A stretch of 57,781 nucleotides of DNA from a virus (lineage: Duplodnaviria > Caudoviricetes), in the IMG/VR virus record IMGVR_UViG_3300032326_000646, positions 1-57,781 of that record. The stretch is one strand, 5' to 3'. The position numbers and the translations under genes are program-made. The stretch's first letter is position 1. Each line of letters starts with the position of its first letter. This document shows, one piece after another, positions 1-7,834 of the stretch. Under the pieces are notes generated by a model that saw only the letters and a list, made by a program, of their open reading frames with translations, searched no databases and had not been told where the DNA came from.

Positions 1-1
1 C

Positions 2-184
2 GATTTCGGATTAGAGGCAGGTGGCTATGCCCCTAGCCCTAAGATGATACCTATACGCATAGCACAGCGTATTGCTAACAAGTATCCTAGTGATTTTTCA
101 CAGGGTAGATTCAATTCAACACTAAACCCTAAAGCGGTTGAAATTGCTAAGCGATACATGTCGCTAGTTATGGGGGTTAAATAA
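2..184 (+). CDS. Hypothetical protein, 5'-truncated by the window edge
   Basis: Open frame DFGLEAGGYAPSPKMIPIRIAQRIANKYP...MGVK* ending TAA at 184, directly abutting the next ATG at 185. Confidence 0.6.
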   Translation, partial: DFGLEAGGYAPSPKMIPIRIAQRIANKYPSDFSQGRFNSTLNPKAVEIAKRYMSLVMGVK

Positions 185-370
185 ATGAAAGTTACATTAA
201 CAAGCACATCAGGTGCTACTAAGCAAATGAGTTTCGATACTAAGGAACATGTTCTAGAGTTTATTGAATTGTATAAGGCCACACTACATGTAGGGCAGGC
301 AGTATGCATAGATGCCCCACTGATAGGCATACACAGTGGGTGGATACAGGGTAGCGCACCCAAAATGTAG
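185..370 (+). CDS. Small hypothetical phage protein
   Basis: 61-aa ORF abutting the upstream stop (TAAATG) and followed by a terminator hairpin. Confidence 0.65.
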   Translation: MKVTLTSTSGATKQMSFDTKEHVLEFIELYKATLHVGQAVCIDAPLIGIHSGWIQGSAPKM

Positions 371-391
371 CGCATAGTGTGTGCAAGATCG

Positions 392-424
392 ATAGTGTGT
401 CTATTATGGGCGCACTATTTTTTT
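392..424 (+). terminator. Intrinsic terminator
   Basis: ATAGTGTGTCTA-tta-TGGGCGCACTAT stem (with G:U pairs) followed by a T run. Confidence 0.65.
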
Positions 425-519
425 ATGTTTATTTTTTATATAGTATGTATCGTACATCTGAACAAAATATTCAGATTTTAGGCTATTTGGTTTTTATTCT
501 TGTGGTGTATACTAAGGAT

Positions 520-1680
520 ATGTCATCTGAAAATACTCCTTCTATATTTATGCTTTTAAAAAAAGCAACTCAGGGCAATCCATTTATTAATTTAGATTCA
601 AATAAAGTGTTTTTTGCATTTACGAGTAAAGCAGTAGAAGATGTTGTTTTAAACAAATATAAAAGTTTTAAAAAAGAGGGGGGATTTAAAAGATTAAAAT
701 ATGTACTAGGAGAAGGACTTATAACTAGCGAAGAGCCTATACATATGAACAATAAAAAAGAAATATCTCCCTTATTTAGTCATAACCATATTCAACATTA
801 CGAGACTAAGGTTTCTGAAATTTTAGACTCTATATTGTCTCGTTGGTCAGGAGAGGTCAATGTTAGAAAAGATATGGGGCTATTTGTTTTTAAAACCACT
901 ATGGAAATATTTTTTTCAGAAAACCTAGATAATGATTTTGAAGAAATACGAGATCACATATCTTTGGTATCAGACAAAGTAGCATTTGGGATATATGATG
1001 AAGAACTGGATAAGTCTACTAAATATCTAAAAGATTTAACTAAAAGAATAGTAGATAAAAGATTAGAATCTAACGAAGACAAACATGATTTTTTGAGCAC
1101 TCTTATTAACTCATATAAAAATAAAAAAATAGATAGAGATGGTTTATATGATGAAGCACTTACAATACTTTTGACTAGTTATGAAACAACTGCATATGTC
1201 TTAGAGTGGTCGGTGTATTATCTATCAATAAATAAAAATTGGCAAGAAAAAATATCCAGAGAAGAAGACGTAGATGCTTTTATTAGTGAAGTATTAAGAA
1301 TGTGTCCTGCTATTTGGAATGCAAAGAGAATAGCCGTAGAAGATGTAAATGTCGACGGGACAGATATAACTGCTGGAACAGAGGTAATGGTATGCTCCCT
1401 AGCATCACATAGAGACAAAAACATATTCGAAGATCCAGACACATTTAAACCAGAAAGATGGTTTGAAAATAGAGAACTTGCAAAAGGAGCATACTTTCCA
1501 TTCTTATTTGGCAAAAGGCAGTGTATAGGCAAAGACCTTGCTTGGATGGAAATAAGTCTAGTTTTGACTAAAATTGCTAAAAAATTTAATATAGAATTAG
1601 TAAATAAAGAGGTTTCACATTTTGGTGGTTTGTCATATAGGATCAAAGATCCAATAATCATAAATGTTAAAGAAAAATAA
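520..1680 (+). CDS. Cytochrome P450 (start moved to ATG 520)
   Basis: Heme motif FLFGKRQCIG, ExxR (EVLR), PERW and I-helix TSYETTA; TATACT at 508-513 lies 6 nt before ATG 520. Confidence 0.93.
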   Translation: MSSENTPSIFMLLKKATQGNPFINLDSNKVFFAFTSKAVEDVVLNKYKSFKKEGGFKRLKYVLGEGLITSEEPIHMNNKKEISPLFSHNHIQHYETKVSEILDSILSRWSGEVNVRKDMGLFVFKTTMEIFFSENLDNDFEEIRDHISLVSDKVAFGIYDEELDKSTKYLKDLTKRIVDKRLESNEDKHDFLSTLINSYKNKKIDRDGLYDEALTILLTSYETTAYVLEWSVYYLSINKNWQEKISREEDVDAFISEVLRMCPAIWNAKRIAVEDVNVDGTDITAGTEVMVCSLASHRDKNIFEDPDTFKPERWFENRELAKGAYFPFLFGKRQCIGKDLAWMEISLVLTKIAKKFNIELVNKEVSHFGGLSYRIKDPIIINVKEK

Positions 1681-1709
1681 TTTTTCAGATTTGGAGTATA
1701 ATAGATATT

Positions 1710-1898
1710 ATGGGAATATTAGATAACTTAGAAAATGCCTGGGACGAAGAATTTTCTTTTGAATCAAAACCTATCGTAGAAACCGACGCTATGGGTAGAG
1801 AGATCTTTTGGCAGGACATGGGCAGACCAGAAGAGCCTAACCTGGCTGTAAAATTATTTTCAGAAACCTGCTGTACTAACTGCAGTTGTGGAAATTAA
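1710..1898 (+). CDS. Small acidic hypothetical protein with Cys-rich C-terminus (CCTNCSCG)
   Basis: ORF with TATAAT (1697-1702) 7 nt before the ATG. Confidence 0.65.
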   Translation: MGILDNLENAWDEEFSFESKPIVETDAMGREIFWQDMGRPEEPNLAVKLFSETCCTNCSCGN

Positions 1899-1901
1899 CT
1901 T

Positions 1902-2093
1902 TTACTTAAAAGCGCCTTTAACTTCAAGATCATCATAGATCAAACCAAACATATGTAGCAATGCGGGATACTGCGAATCAACATTTTTTGTAATATCTTC
2001 TTCACTTAACTTGGCCTGCTTCATTAAATTAATATTATAAGTATTTACTGTTTCGATCATTGTTTCAATAACTTCTTCTCTTATCATACCCAT
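1902..2093 (-). CDS. Small hypothetical protein
   Basis: 63-aa ORF overlapping the end of the upstream minus-strand gene; AAGGA-like SD. Confidence 0.6.
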   Translation of the reverse strand: MGMIREEVIETMIETVNTYNINLMKQAKLSEEDITKNVDSQYPALLHMFGLIYDDLEVKGAFK

Positions 2094-2854
2094 TCCTTTT
2101 CTTGGTCATATGTAACAGAATATTCTCCAGTGAATATCTCTGCATATGAAATGATATCTCTATTATACCTTATAAGGGTCTCTATGCCTACTTTGTCACA
2201 TACATACTTCATACCCTGGACTAGTGGCTCAAAAGCCATCTCCTGCCCTTGTAAAGCGTTATTAAGGGTATCTATGTACCTTGTCTTACCATAACGTTTT
2301 GATGTAAAAGATTGATCAACATAATCAAACCTTGCTTGTGCATCATTTCTTTTTGCAATGTCCGAATTGTCTATTATGTACTTTGTTGCAGTATGTTCCA
2401 TCCGTGTTGACCAGTTTCGCATGTTGTCGCTGTATTTCTCCATGTTCTTTAGAGTTGAATCAGCGAAGGCCATGCGTATAAGGTCTTGATCGGAAAGATC
2501 AGCCTCTATTGCGAACGAAATCAAAAAAGCGGTTGCGAAAGGAAATTTGTCGCTATATGTCGTAACGCCGAAGTGCACATTCGGATTAAATGACTCAACT
2601 GACATATTGTCTTTTAATAGTCGCATATGATTTCCGAGAGATACATAATCTTGTCGATTCATATCGCAATCGACGAACAAGCATTCTTCTGGATTGATCC
2701 CGTCGGCGAGACACAAGATGTTCTTGTCATACGAACCCACTATTTTCGAACCGTTAAAACGCTCTAGTAATTTTGCGGACATAAAACCATCCATGTCAGG
2801 GGATATAATTAAATTTTTAGAATACTCTAATGTTTCAAGTATGGCTGTTTTCAT
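2084..2854 (-). CDS. DHH-superfamily phosphoesterase-like protein
   Basis: Motif I ISPDMDG, motif II FVDCD, motif III degenerate (GNH), later ADS. Confidence 0.6.
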   Translation of the reverse strand: MKTAILETLEYSKNLIISPDMDGFMSAKLLERFNGSKIVGSYDKNILCLADGINPEECLFVDCDMNRQDYVSLGNHMRLLKDNMSVESFNPNVHFGVTTYSDKFPFATAFLISFAIEADLSDQDLIRMAFADSTLKNMEKYSDNMRNWSTRMEHTATKYIIDNSDIAKRNDAQARFDYVDQSFTSKRYGKTRYIDTLNNALQGQEMAFEPLVQGMKYVCDKVGIETLIRYNRDIISYAEIFTGEYSVTYDQEKEWV

Positions 2855-2886
2855 TTTTACAAAATACCCCTTATAATAATCTAGTT

Positions 2887-3138
2887 ATGACAATCCAAGA
2901 CTGGGCTTCACTAATAGTAGCCATACTCACAATTGTATCATCAATTGCTTTTTCTATCAAGTGGCTTGTAAAACATTATCTCAGCGAACTTAAGCCGAAT
3001 TCTGGATCAAGTTTAAAGGACCAGGTTTCAAGATTAGAAAATCGCATTAGCGAAGCAGAAGCAACAAGAAAAGATATGGATCGTAAATTAGATCATATGT
3101 ACGATATACTTATTGATTATATTTCTAAATCTAAGTAA
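2887..3138 (+). CDS. Holin-like membrane protein (one TM helix plus coiled coil)
   Basis: MTIQDWASLIVAILTIVSSIAFSIKWLV then LKPNSGSSLKDQVSRLE, a pattern typical of actinophage lysis-associated membrane proteins; start moved to ATG 2887. Confidence 0.6.
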   Translation: MTIQDWASLIVAILTIVSSIAFSIKWLVKHYLSELKPNSGSSLKDQVSRLENRISEAEATRKDMDRKLDHMYDILIDYISKSK

Positions 3139-3320
3139 CTATATATACTATATATAAAGATAGTTTTTAAAACTATAAAGATAGTTCTTTTTTCTTATAT
3201 ATTTAAAGTATACACCATCAAGATCTTGGCAAATACTTTTAAAAGTAACAATTCGGACATTGGCTATTATAACAATTGTATAACAATTATAAAACCTTTA
3301 CTTTAGTGTCCGTTTTGTCT
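3139..3320. repeat. AT-rich non-coding region with short direct and inverted repeats (origin-like)
   Basis: TATAAAGATAGTT at 3153 and 3174; TAACAATT at 3246, 3270, 3281; CGGACA (3254) / TGTCCG (3307) inverted pair. Confidence 0.5.
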
Positions 3321-3339
3321 ATTATGGTATAATTTTATT

Positions 3340-3395
3340 ACTGGCTAATACCTTGGTTTGTCCTATACCCACCAATCAAGGTGTTAGTCTTTTTT
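3340..3395 (+). ncRNA. Candidate small RNA or terminator hairpin
   Basis: TGGTATAAT at 3325-3333 with no ORF downstream, then a 16-bp stem (3343-3358/3374-3389), 15-nt C-rich loop and T6. Confidence 0.4.
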
Positions 3396-3396
3396 A

Positions 3397-3405
3397 TGGT
3401 ATAAT
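3397..3405 (+). promoter_or_regulatory. Extended -10 promoter TGGTATAAT (representative of about 20 copies)
   Basis: TGnTATAAT/TGnTATACT-type motif recurs at 3878, 5686, 6425, 7808, 9302, 12394, 12947, 13620, 16236, 20027, 20817, 22901, 26668, 31864, 34921, 35680, 36396, 52821, 56918, each just before a gene start. Confidence 0.85.
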
Positions 3406-3413
3406 CAATTATT

Positions 3414-3794
3414 ATGGCTACTCATGGACCTGAAGTATTTGGAGCAGACCCTGCTCGTATTAAATGGCAAATAGTTAGAGGAGATACCTCTCCACTTCGT
3501 GTAGAATTTTTGCAAGATGATGAAACAACATATTTTGATACATCCGACTGGACCTATGAGGCTACTACTTATGATCCTCAGTCAGACTTCCTTGATGCCC
3601 TGGAAGTTACAGCAGGAGAAGGATATGTAGACATTTTGGCTCCCGCATCTATTACTGAGTTCTGGGGTACTGGATACAAGTCTATTGTTACTGAACTAAC
3701 TTTTGACCTTCAAGTAATTATTGATGAAAACACTACTTGGACTCCTCTGATTGGAACCATCTCAGTAATTGGAGATGTAACAGGTAGTCTATAA
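3414..3794 (+). CDS. Virion protein, BppU-N-like adaptor domain
   Basis: IVRGDT...LTFDLQV...GTISV pattern; paralogous to 6440 and 12962. Confidence 0.6.
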   Translation: MATHGPEVFGADPARIKWQIVRGDTSPLRVEFLQDDETTYFDTSDWTYEATTYDPQSDFLDALEVTAGEGYVDILAPASITEFWGTGYKSIVTELTFDLQVIIDENTTWTPLIGTISVIGDVTGSL

Positions 3795-3880
3795 TGGCAG
3801 TAGTTAAAATATCAACTCCAAGACCTGAGTTGCCCCCTCTGGTTAGAATTAAAGATAAAACTTTCAAAGTAAATAAGTGA
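3794..3880 (+). CDS. 28-aa small protein absent from the ORF track
   Basis: TAATG coupling; MAVVKISTPRPELPPLVRIKDKTFKVNK* fills the gap exactly. Confidence 0.55.
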   Translation: MAVVKISTPRPELPPLVRIKDKTFKVNK

Positions 3881-3892
3881 TATAATCTAAGC

Positions 3893-4165
3893 ATGACAAC
3901 TCATGCCCTTACAACTCTTAGTAGCACTTCTGCTACCCGCCTAACTCCAAACGGAATGCATTCTGGAATGGATATCACAATTCAAAACGTAGATGCTTCT
4001 GCATATGTGTACCTTGGAGGAGAAGGAGTGACATCATCTGATTACGGATACCGTCTTGCTCCTGGCTCAGCATGGTCTGTAGAACTACCTGGACTAGATG
4101 CAATATATGCAATAACAGATACTAACAATTCTAAAGTTGCGCTAATTAAAATGGGACTTGAATAA
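3893..4165 (+). CDS. Small beta-rich virion protein
   Basis: ITIQN...VYLGG...GYRLAPG pattern common in phage structural modules; leaderless start. Confidence 0.6.
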   Translation: MTTHALTTLSSTSATRLTPNGMHSGMDITIQNVDASAYVYLGGEGVTSSDYGYRLAPGSAWSVELPGLDAIYAITDTNNSKVALIKMGLE

Positions 4166-4167
4166 TC

Positions 4168-5679
4168 ATGGCACGTTTTACTACAGTAGGTAGTAGCGGA
4201 GACGGTACTCCAGGAGCACCAGGTCCAGCAGGATCTAATGGTGCAGATGCTATTTGGAACTACACTGGAGAATACAACGGTGGTGCATCATATGCAGTTG
4301 GAGATTTAGCAACTTACGATGGACAACTTTGGTACCGTGCTAATGCAAACGGTGGTAATGTTGGAGACACACCTTCAGAAGGATTTATTTGGCATCTACT
4401 TGCAGCAAAGGGTACAGATGGAACAAATGGTTCTAGCGGACTTGTATACTTAGGAAACTATATTTCAGGTAATGGATATGTTACAGACCTTGCAGTTGTA
4501 AGAGGAAGCGACAATAATCTATACATTGCAAAAGCAAATGGTGGTTTAGCAGATCCAGTTGGAAACTCTGCAGAGTGGGATATATTCTCTACTAACACTG
4601 GTGGAGGAACTGCAAACATTGCAGACTTTATTTTTACAAATGACTCAGAAGCAACTGGCGCAAGCATTATCAGTTTGCCTGGTGACAAAGAAATGAGAAT
4701 TCAGGCAGGAGCAGATAGTGATCTATACCTAACTGCTGGAGATGATCTTTATATTCAAACTCTTGGCACAGGAGATGATATTCATCTTAATGCAGCAGAC
4801 GACATTCGTTTTACAACAAATAATGAAGACTCTGAATTTGAAACAGTACATCAATGGACAATGGATTCTGAAGGAAGATTGCAACTTCCTGGTTCAGGAT
4901 ATATATCTAATCCAGTTGATTCTTCAGGTGATGGATATGGTAACGATACAATTGTCATTGTCCCAGATACTAACAACGGCTCTTCAGATCAGCAAATTAT
5001 AATTGATCCAACTGCACCAAACCACATACACATTCGTGCTGGCGGAGTGCAAGACTACTCAACTGCAGAACTTATTCTTGGTGGAGAAAGAGCAGGCGTA
5101 CATGTAAGTGATCCATCTGGTACTGTAGTCATTCAGTCAAAACAAGAAGATTATACTTGGTCATATACAAATATCAATGATGTTGAAAATACTACGTACC
5201 GTGTAGAAACATCAATGGCAGAACCAGACTATAATGATTTTACCATTCTCAATGGCGCTAAGTATGTTATTAATAATGTAGTACGAGATGAGCCACAGGG
5301 CATAACAGAGTACACTGCTATAGCAAGTAACGGCACACAACTTGTATTTTATCCTGGATGGAGTTATACTTTTACAAGAGACCGTGGAGAGCATCATTGG
5401 ATCTTTAATACAGCAGGCTACCTAAATGGACCTACAGAAACAGGTTATCTACGTGTAACAGGCATTGTAAATGATGACGGCAATTTAGAGGTTCAGGCAG
5501 ATCAAAATCTTATTCTTAGTGGTGGAGAAAGTAATGGAGAGTATTTACATGACTCATCTATTCCAGCAAACCAGATTGCAACTATTGGAGATTTACCAAT
5601 GGGAGCAACAGGAACATTTACTTCTCAAGATAACAAAACAGTAACAGTAACTAACGGAATAATTACAAGCATAGTTTAA
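4168..5679 (+). CDS. Tail fibre / receptor-binding-like protein
   Basis: Short Gly-X-Y tract, carbohydrate-binding-like YAVGDLATYDGQLW module, C-terminal GTFTSQDNKTVTVTNGIITSI. Confidence 0.65.
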   Translation: MARFTTVGSSGDGTPGAPGPAGSNGADAIWNYTGEYNGGASYAVGDLATYDGQLWYRANANGGNVGDTPSEGFIWHLLAAKGTDGTNGSSGLVYLGNYISGNGYVTDLAVVRGSDNNLYIAKANGGLADPVGNSAEWDIFSTNTGGGTANIADFIFTNDSEATGASIISLPGDKEMRIQAGADSDLYLTAGDDLYIQTLGTGDDIHLNAADDIRFTTNNEDSEFETVHQWTMDSEGRLQLPGSGYISNPVDSSGDGYGNDTIVIVPDTNNGSSDQQIIIDPTAPNHIHIRAGGVQDYSTAELILGGERAGVHVSDPSGTVVIQSKQEDYTWSYTNINDVENTTYRVETSMAEPDYNDFTILNGAKYVINNVVRDEPQGITEYTAIASNGTQLVFYPGWSYTFTRDRGEHHWIFNTAGYLNGPTETGYLRVTGIVNDDGNLEVQADQNLILSGGESNGEYLHDSSIPANQIATIGDLPMGATGTFTSQDNKTVTVTNGIITSIV

Positions 5680-5700
5680 AAGCCGTGAGATAATCTAAAT

Positions 5701-6432
5701 ATGGCAGTTTCTAAATCTATGGATTTCCCAGGTGCAAAAAAATCTTCATATGCTGCACAGGTAGAACAAAGTCAGGCATCTCCTTCTACAGATAATGCTC
5801 TTTCATTTCTTCCAGTCCCTGGTCCAGTAGGACCACAGGGACCTGCAGGCAGAGACGGGAAGGATGGAAAAGAAGGACCTGAAGGACCAGAAGGACAAAA
5901 AGGACCAAGAGGAGAAAAAGGACAACCTGGACAAAACGGACTAAGTTCTTTATCATCTTCAGGACAGCAAGCAGGTTGGGCTTCATATACAAATGCTATT
6001 GAAAAACCAACAAAACTTGGAATCTCTCAGGGAGATGATGGTTGGGTAACACTTTTATTGGACACAAAAGATAAAGTACAAAATGAAAAATATCTTCCTA
6101 AAGGATGTACCAGCCTTTGGAACAGCCATCAAAGAGCCTTAAACTTTCACGGAATAAAAGAAGGTTCTCAAATATTCGTAACATATAACTTTGAACTAAC
6201 TACTTATACAGCCAACACCGAGGTATGGCTAAGAACATATTTTGCAAGTAAAGATCAAGAGTTTGTCCAATTAGTAGGATCTTTAAAGTACCAAAATGTA
6301 TACAATCTTTCAGTAACTCAAAACATATTCATTGAGGATAAGATTATGTGGGGTACTGGAGCAGTTCCTCAAATTAGAACAGATTTTGATGCATCTGTAA
6401 TTCTTAATTCTGTCTACGTCAGCGTGGTATAA
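5701..6432 (+). CDS. Collagen-like (Gly-X-Y) virion protein
   Basis: GPVGPQGPAGRDGKDGKEGPEGPEGQKGPRGEKGQPGQNG followed by a beta-sandwich-like C-terminus. Confidence 0.8.
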   Translation: MAVSKSMDFPGAKKSSYAAQVEQSQASPSTDNALSFLPVPGPVGPQGPAGRDGKDGKEGPEGPEGQKGPRGEKGQPGQNGLSSLSSSGQQAGWASYTNAIEKPTKLGISQGDDGWVTLLLDTKDKVQNEKYLPKGCTSLWNSHQRALNFHGIKEGSQIFVTYNFELTTYTANTEVWLRTYFASKDQEFVQLVGSLKYQNVYNLSVTQNIFIEDKIMWGTGAVPQIRTDFDASVILNSVYVSVV

Positions 6433-6439
6433 TAAAACC

Positions 6440-7213
6440 ATGGCATTTCCAGCGACCTATAATTTTAATTACTATAAGGGTGATACCTTTGAATTTCGTA
6501 TATATCCAAAAAAGAACGATGGAACAGCATACCTACTTGGAGACTTTACTGTTCCAACAAATTTTGCAAATAGCCCAGACTATGTTTTAGATACGTCTGC
6601 ACCTTACGATAGTGCTCAGTTTACTATTGCAAAGGCTAGAGGTCCAATAACTTCGTCTGCTCTGGTGGATCAGCCAATTAGATGTTTTGCTAGAATATCA
6701 GATGCTGGTACATTTGTACAGTGTGCAATTAGACCATCAGACTCTGCTACCCTGGTTCCTGGAACAGAATATGTGTATGATGTTGAAGTTAGATCTCCAG
6801 AAGGAACATATGATAATCCATTTTATGAAAAGGTTTATACCCTTATGACAGGAACTATAACAGTTACAGATCAGGTTACTGGAGCAAATGCAACTACTCG
6901 TGGAACGCTATCAAATTATAAGATATCTGGAGTAACTAAACCAGTTAAGGGGGGAACTCCAGTTACAGAAACTTTTACAACAGCAGAACATTCTGGAACT
7001 ATTTCTTGGTTTGAATCAAATGGGACTACACCTTTAGTTGGTAATTTTACTGCTTCTAAAGTTTATGTTGCAAAAATTACATTAACTATAAAGGATCCAT
7101 ATTCTATAAGTGGTACTCCAGCAAATAAATTTACAGTAGAACATGCAACACTTGTTACAAATGAAATAAATTCAGGAATAGTAACTGCAGTATTTCCTGC
7201 AACAGAGGCTTAG
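6440..7213 (+). CDS. BppU-N-like virion protein with C-terminal Ig-like domain
   Basis: YYKGDT...YVYDVEV...GTITVTDQVT, then GVTKPVKG...VTAVFPAT. Confidence 0.6.
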   Translation: MAFPATYNFNYYKGDTFEFRIYPKKNDGTAYLLGDFTVPTNFANSPDYVLDTSAPYDSAQFTIAKARGPITSSALVDQPIRCFARISDAGTFVQCAIRPSDSATLVPGTEYVYDVEVRSPEGTYDNPFYEKVYTLMTGTITVTDQVTGANATTRGTLSNYKISGVTKPVKGGTPVTETFTTAEHSGTISWFESNGTTPLVGNFTASKVYVAKITLTIKDPYSISGTPANKFTVEHATLVTNEINSGIVTAVFPATEA

Positions 7214-7215
7214 CA

Positions 7216-7815
7216 ATGGCAGATATACTTTTGTCTAATGAAGACCTTACAGTTTTTGGTGGACCAGAAACAATCAGTCTTGATTTAGATTTTGGACCAA
7301 CTGGTGATCGTGGAAGTATTATTATTGGTGTGCAAGGAGACCCAAGACAGTCTTCTGTTAATAATTTAATTTCTCAGGACATACAGGCACTTGATCTTGC
7401 AATTGACTATAGTCCAAGTTCTGAAACATATAAAACAATTTTTCAAAATGTAAAAATGCCAAACAATCAACTACAGTGGACTCCTCTTATTAGCCTAAAA
7501 ACAAATTTTTATTCAGAAACTAAAGGTCCACTAACACCAGTAAACGGGAAAATAGCCATTGCTCCAATAAACCTTTCAAGCATTTATAATTTATCAGAAG
7601 GAACAGTTACATCTTCAAGATTTAGTGTACAGTACTCTATTTCTTCGTCAGATAGCGCTGGTCCTTTAGCAACAAATCTAATTATAAAAGATTTAAATAC
7701 TTCTCAAGGATTTGTTGCGCTACCGCTTGAAATAGAAGGAATAGAATATCTAGAAGGAGCATGGGTGCCTATGACTGGGCCAAAGTATGTTCATCTTTTT
7801 ATTACGGTGGTATAA
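7216..7815 (+). CDS. Putative virion structural protein
   Basis: 199-aa ORF in the fibre cluster; DFGPTGDRGS motif. Confidence 0.55.
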   Translation: MADILLSNEDLTVFGGPETISLDLDFGPTGDRGSIIIGVQGDPRQSSVNNLISQDIQALDLAIDYSPSSETYKTIFQNVKMPNNQLQWTPLISLKTNFYSETKGPLTPVNGKIAIAPINLSSIYNLSEGTVTSSRFSVQYSISSSDSAGPLATNLIIKDLNTSQGFVALPLEIEGIEYLEGAWVPMTGPKYVHLFITVV

Positions 7816-7834
7816 TGAAAAAGGGTGATTTATA

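Noticed and set aside
379-519. Hydrophobic N-terminal extension of the P450 as a eukaryote-like membrane anchor
   Set aside because: It spans a terminator hairpin and T-rich intergenic DNA; a -10 element 6 nt before ATG 520 marks the likelier start
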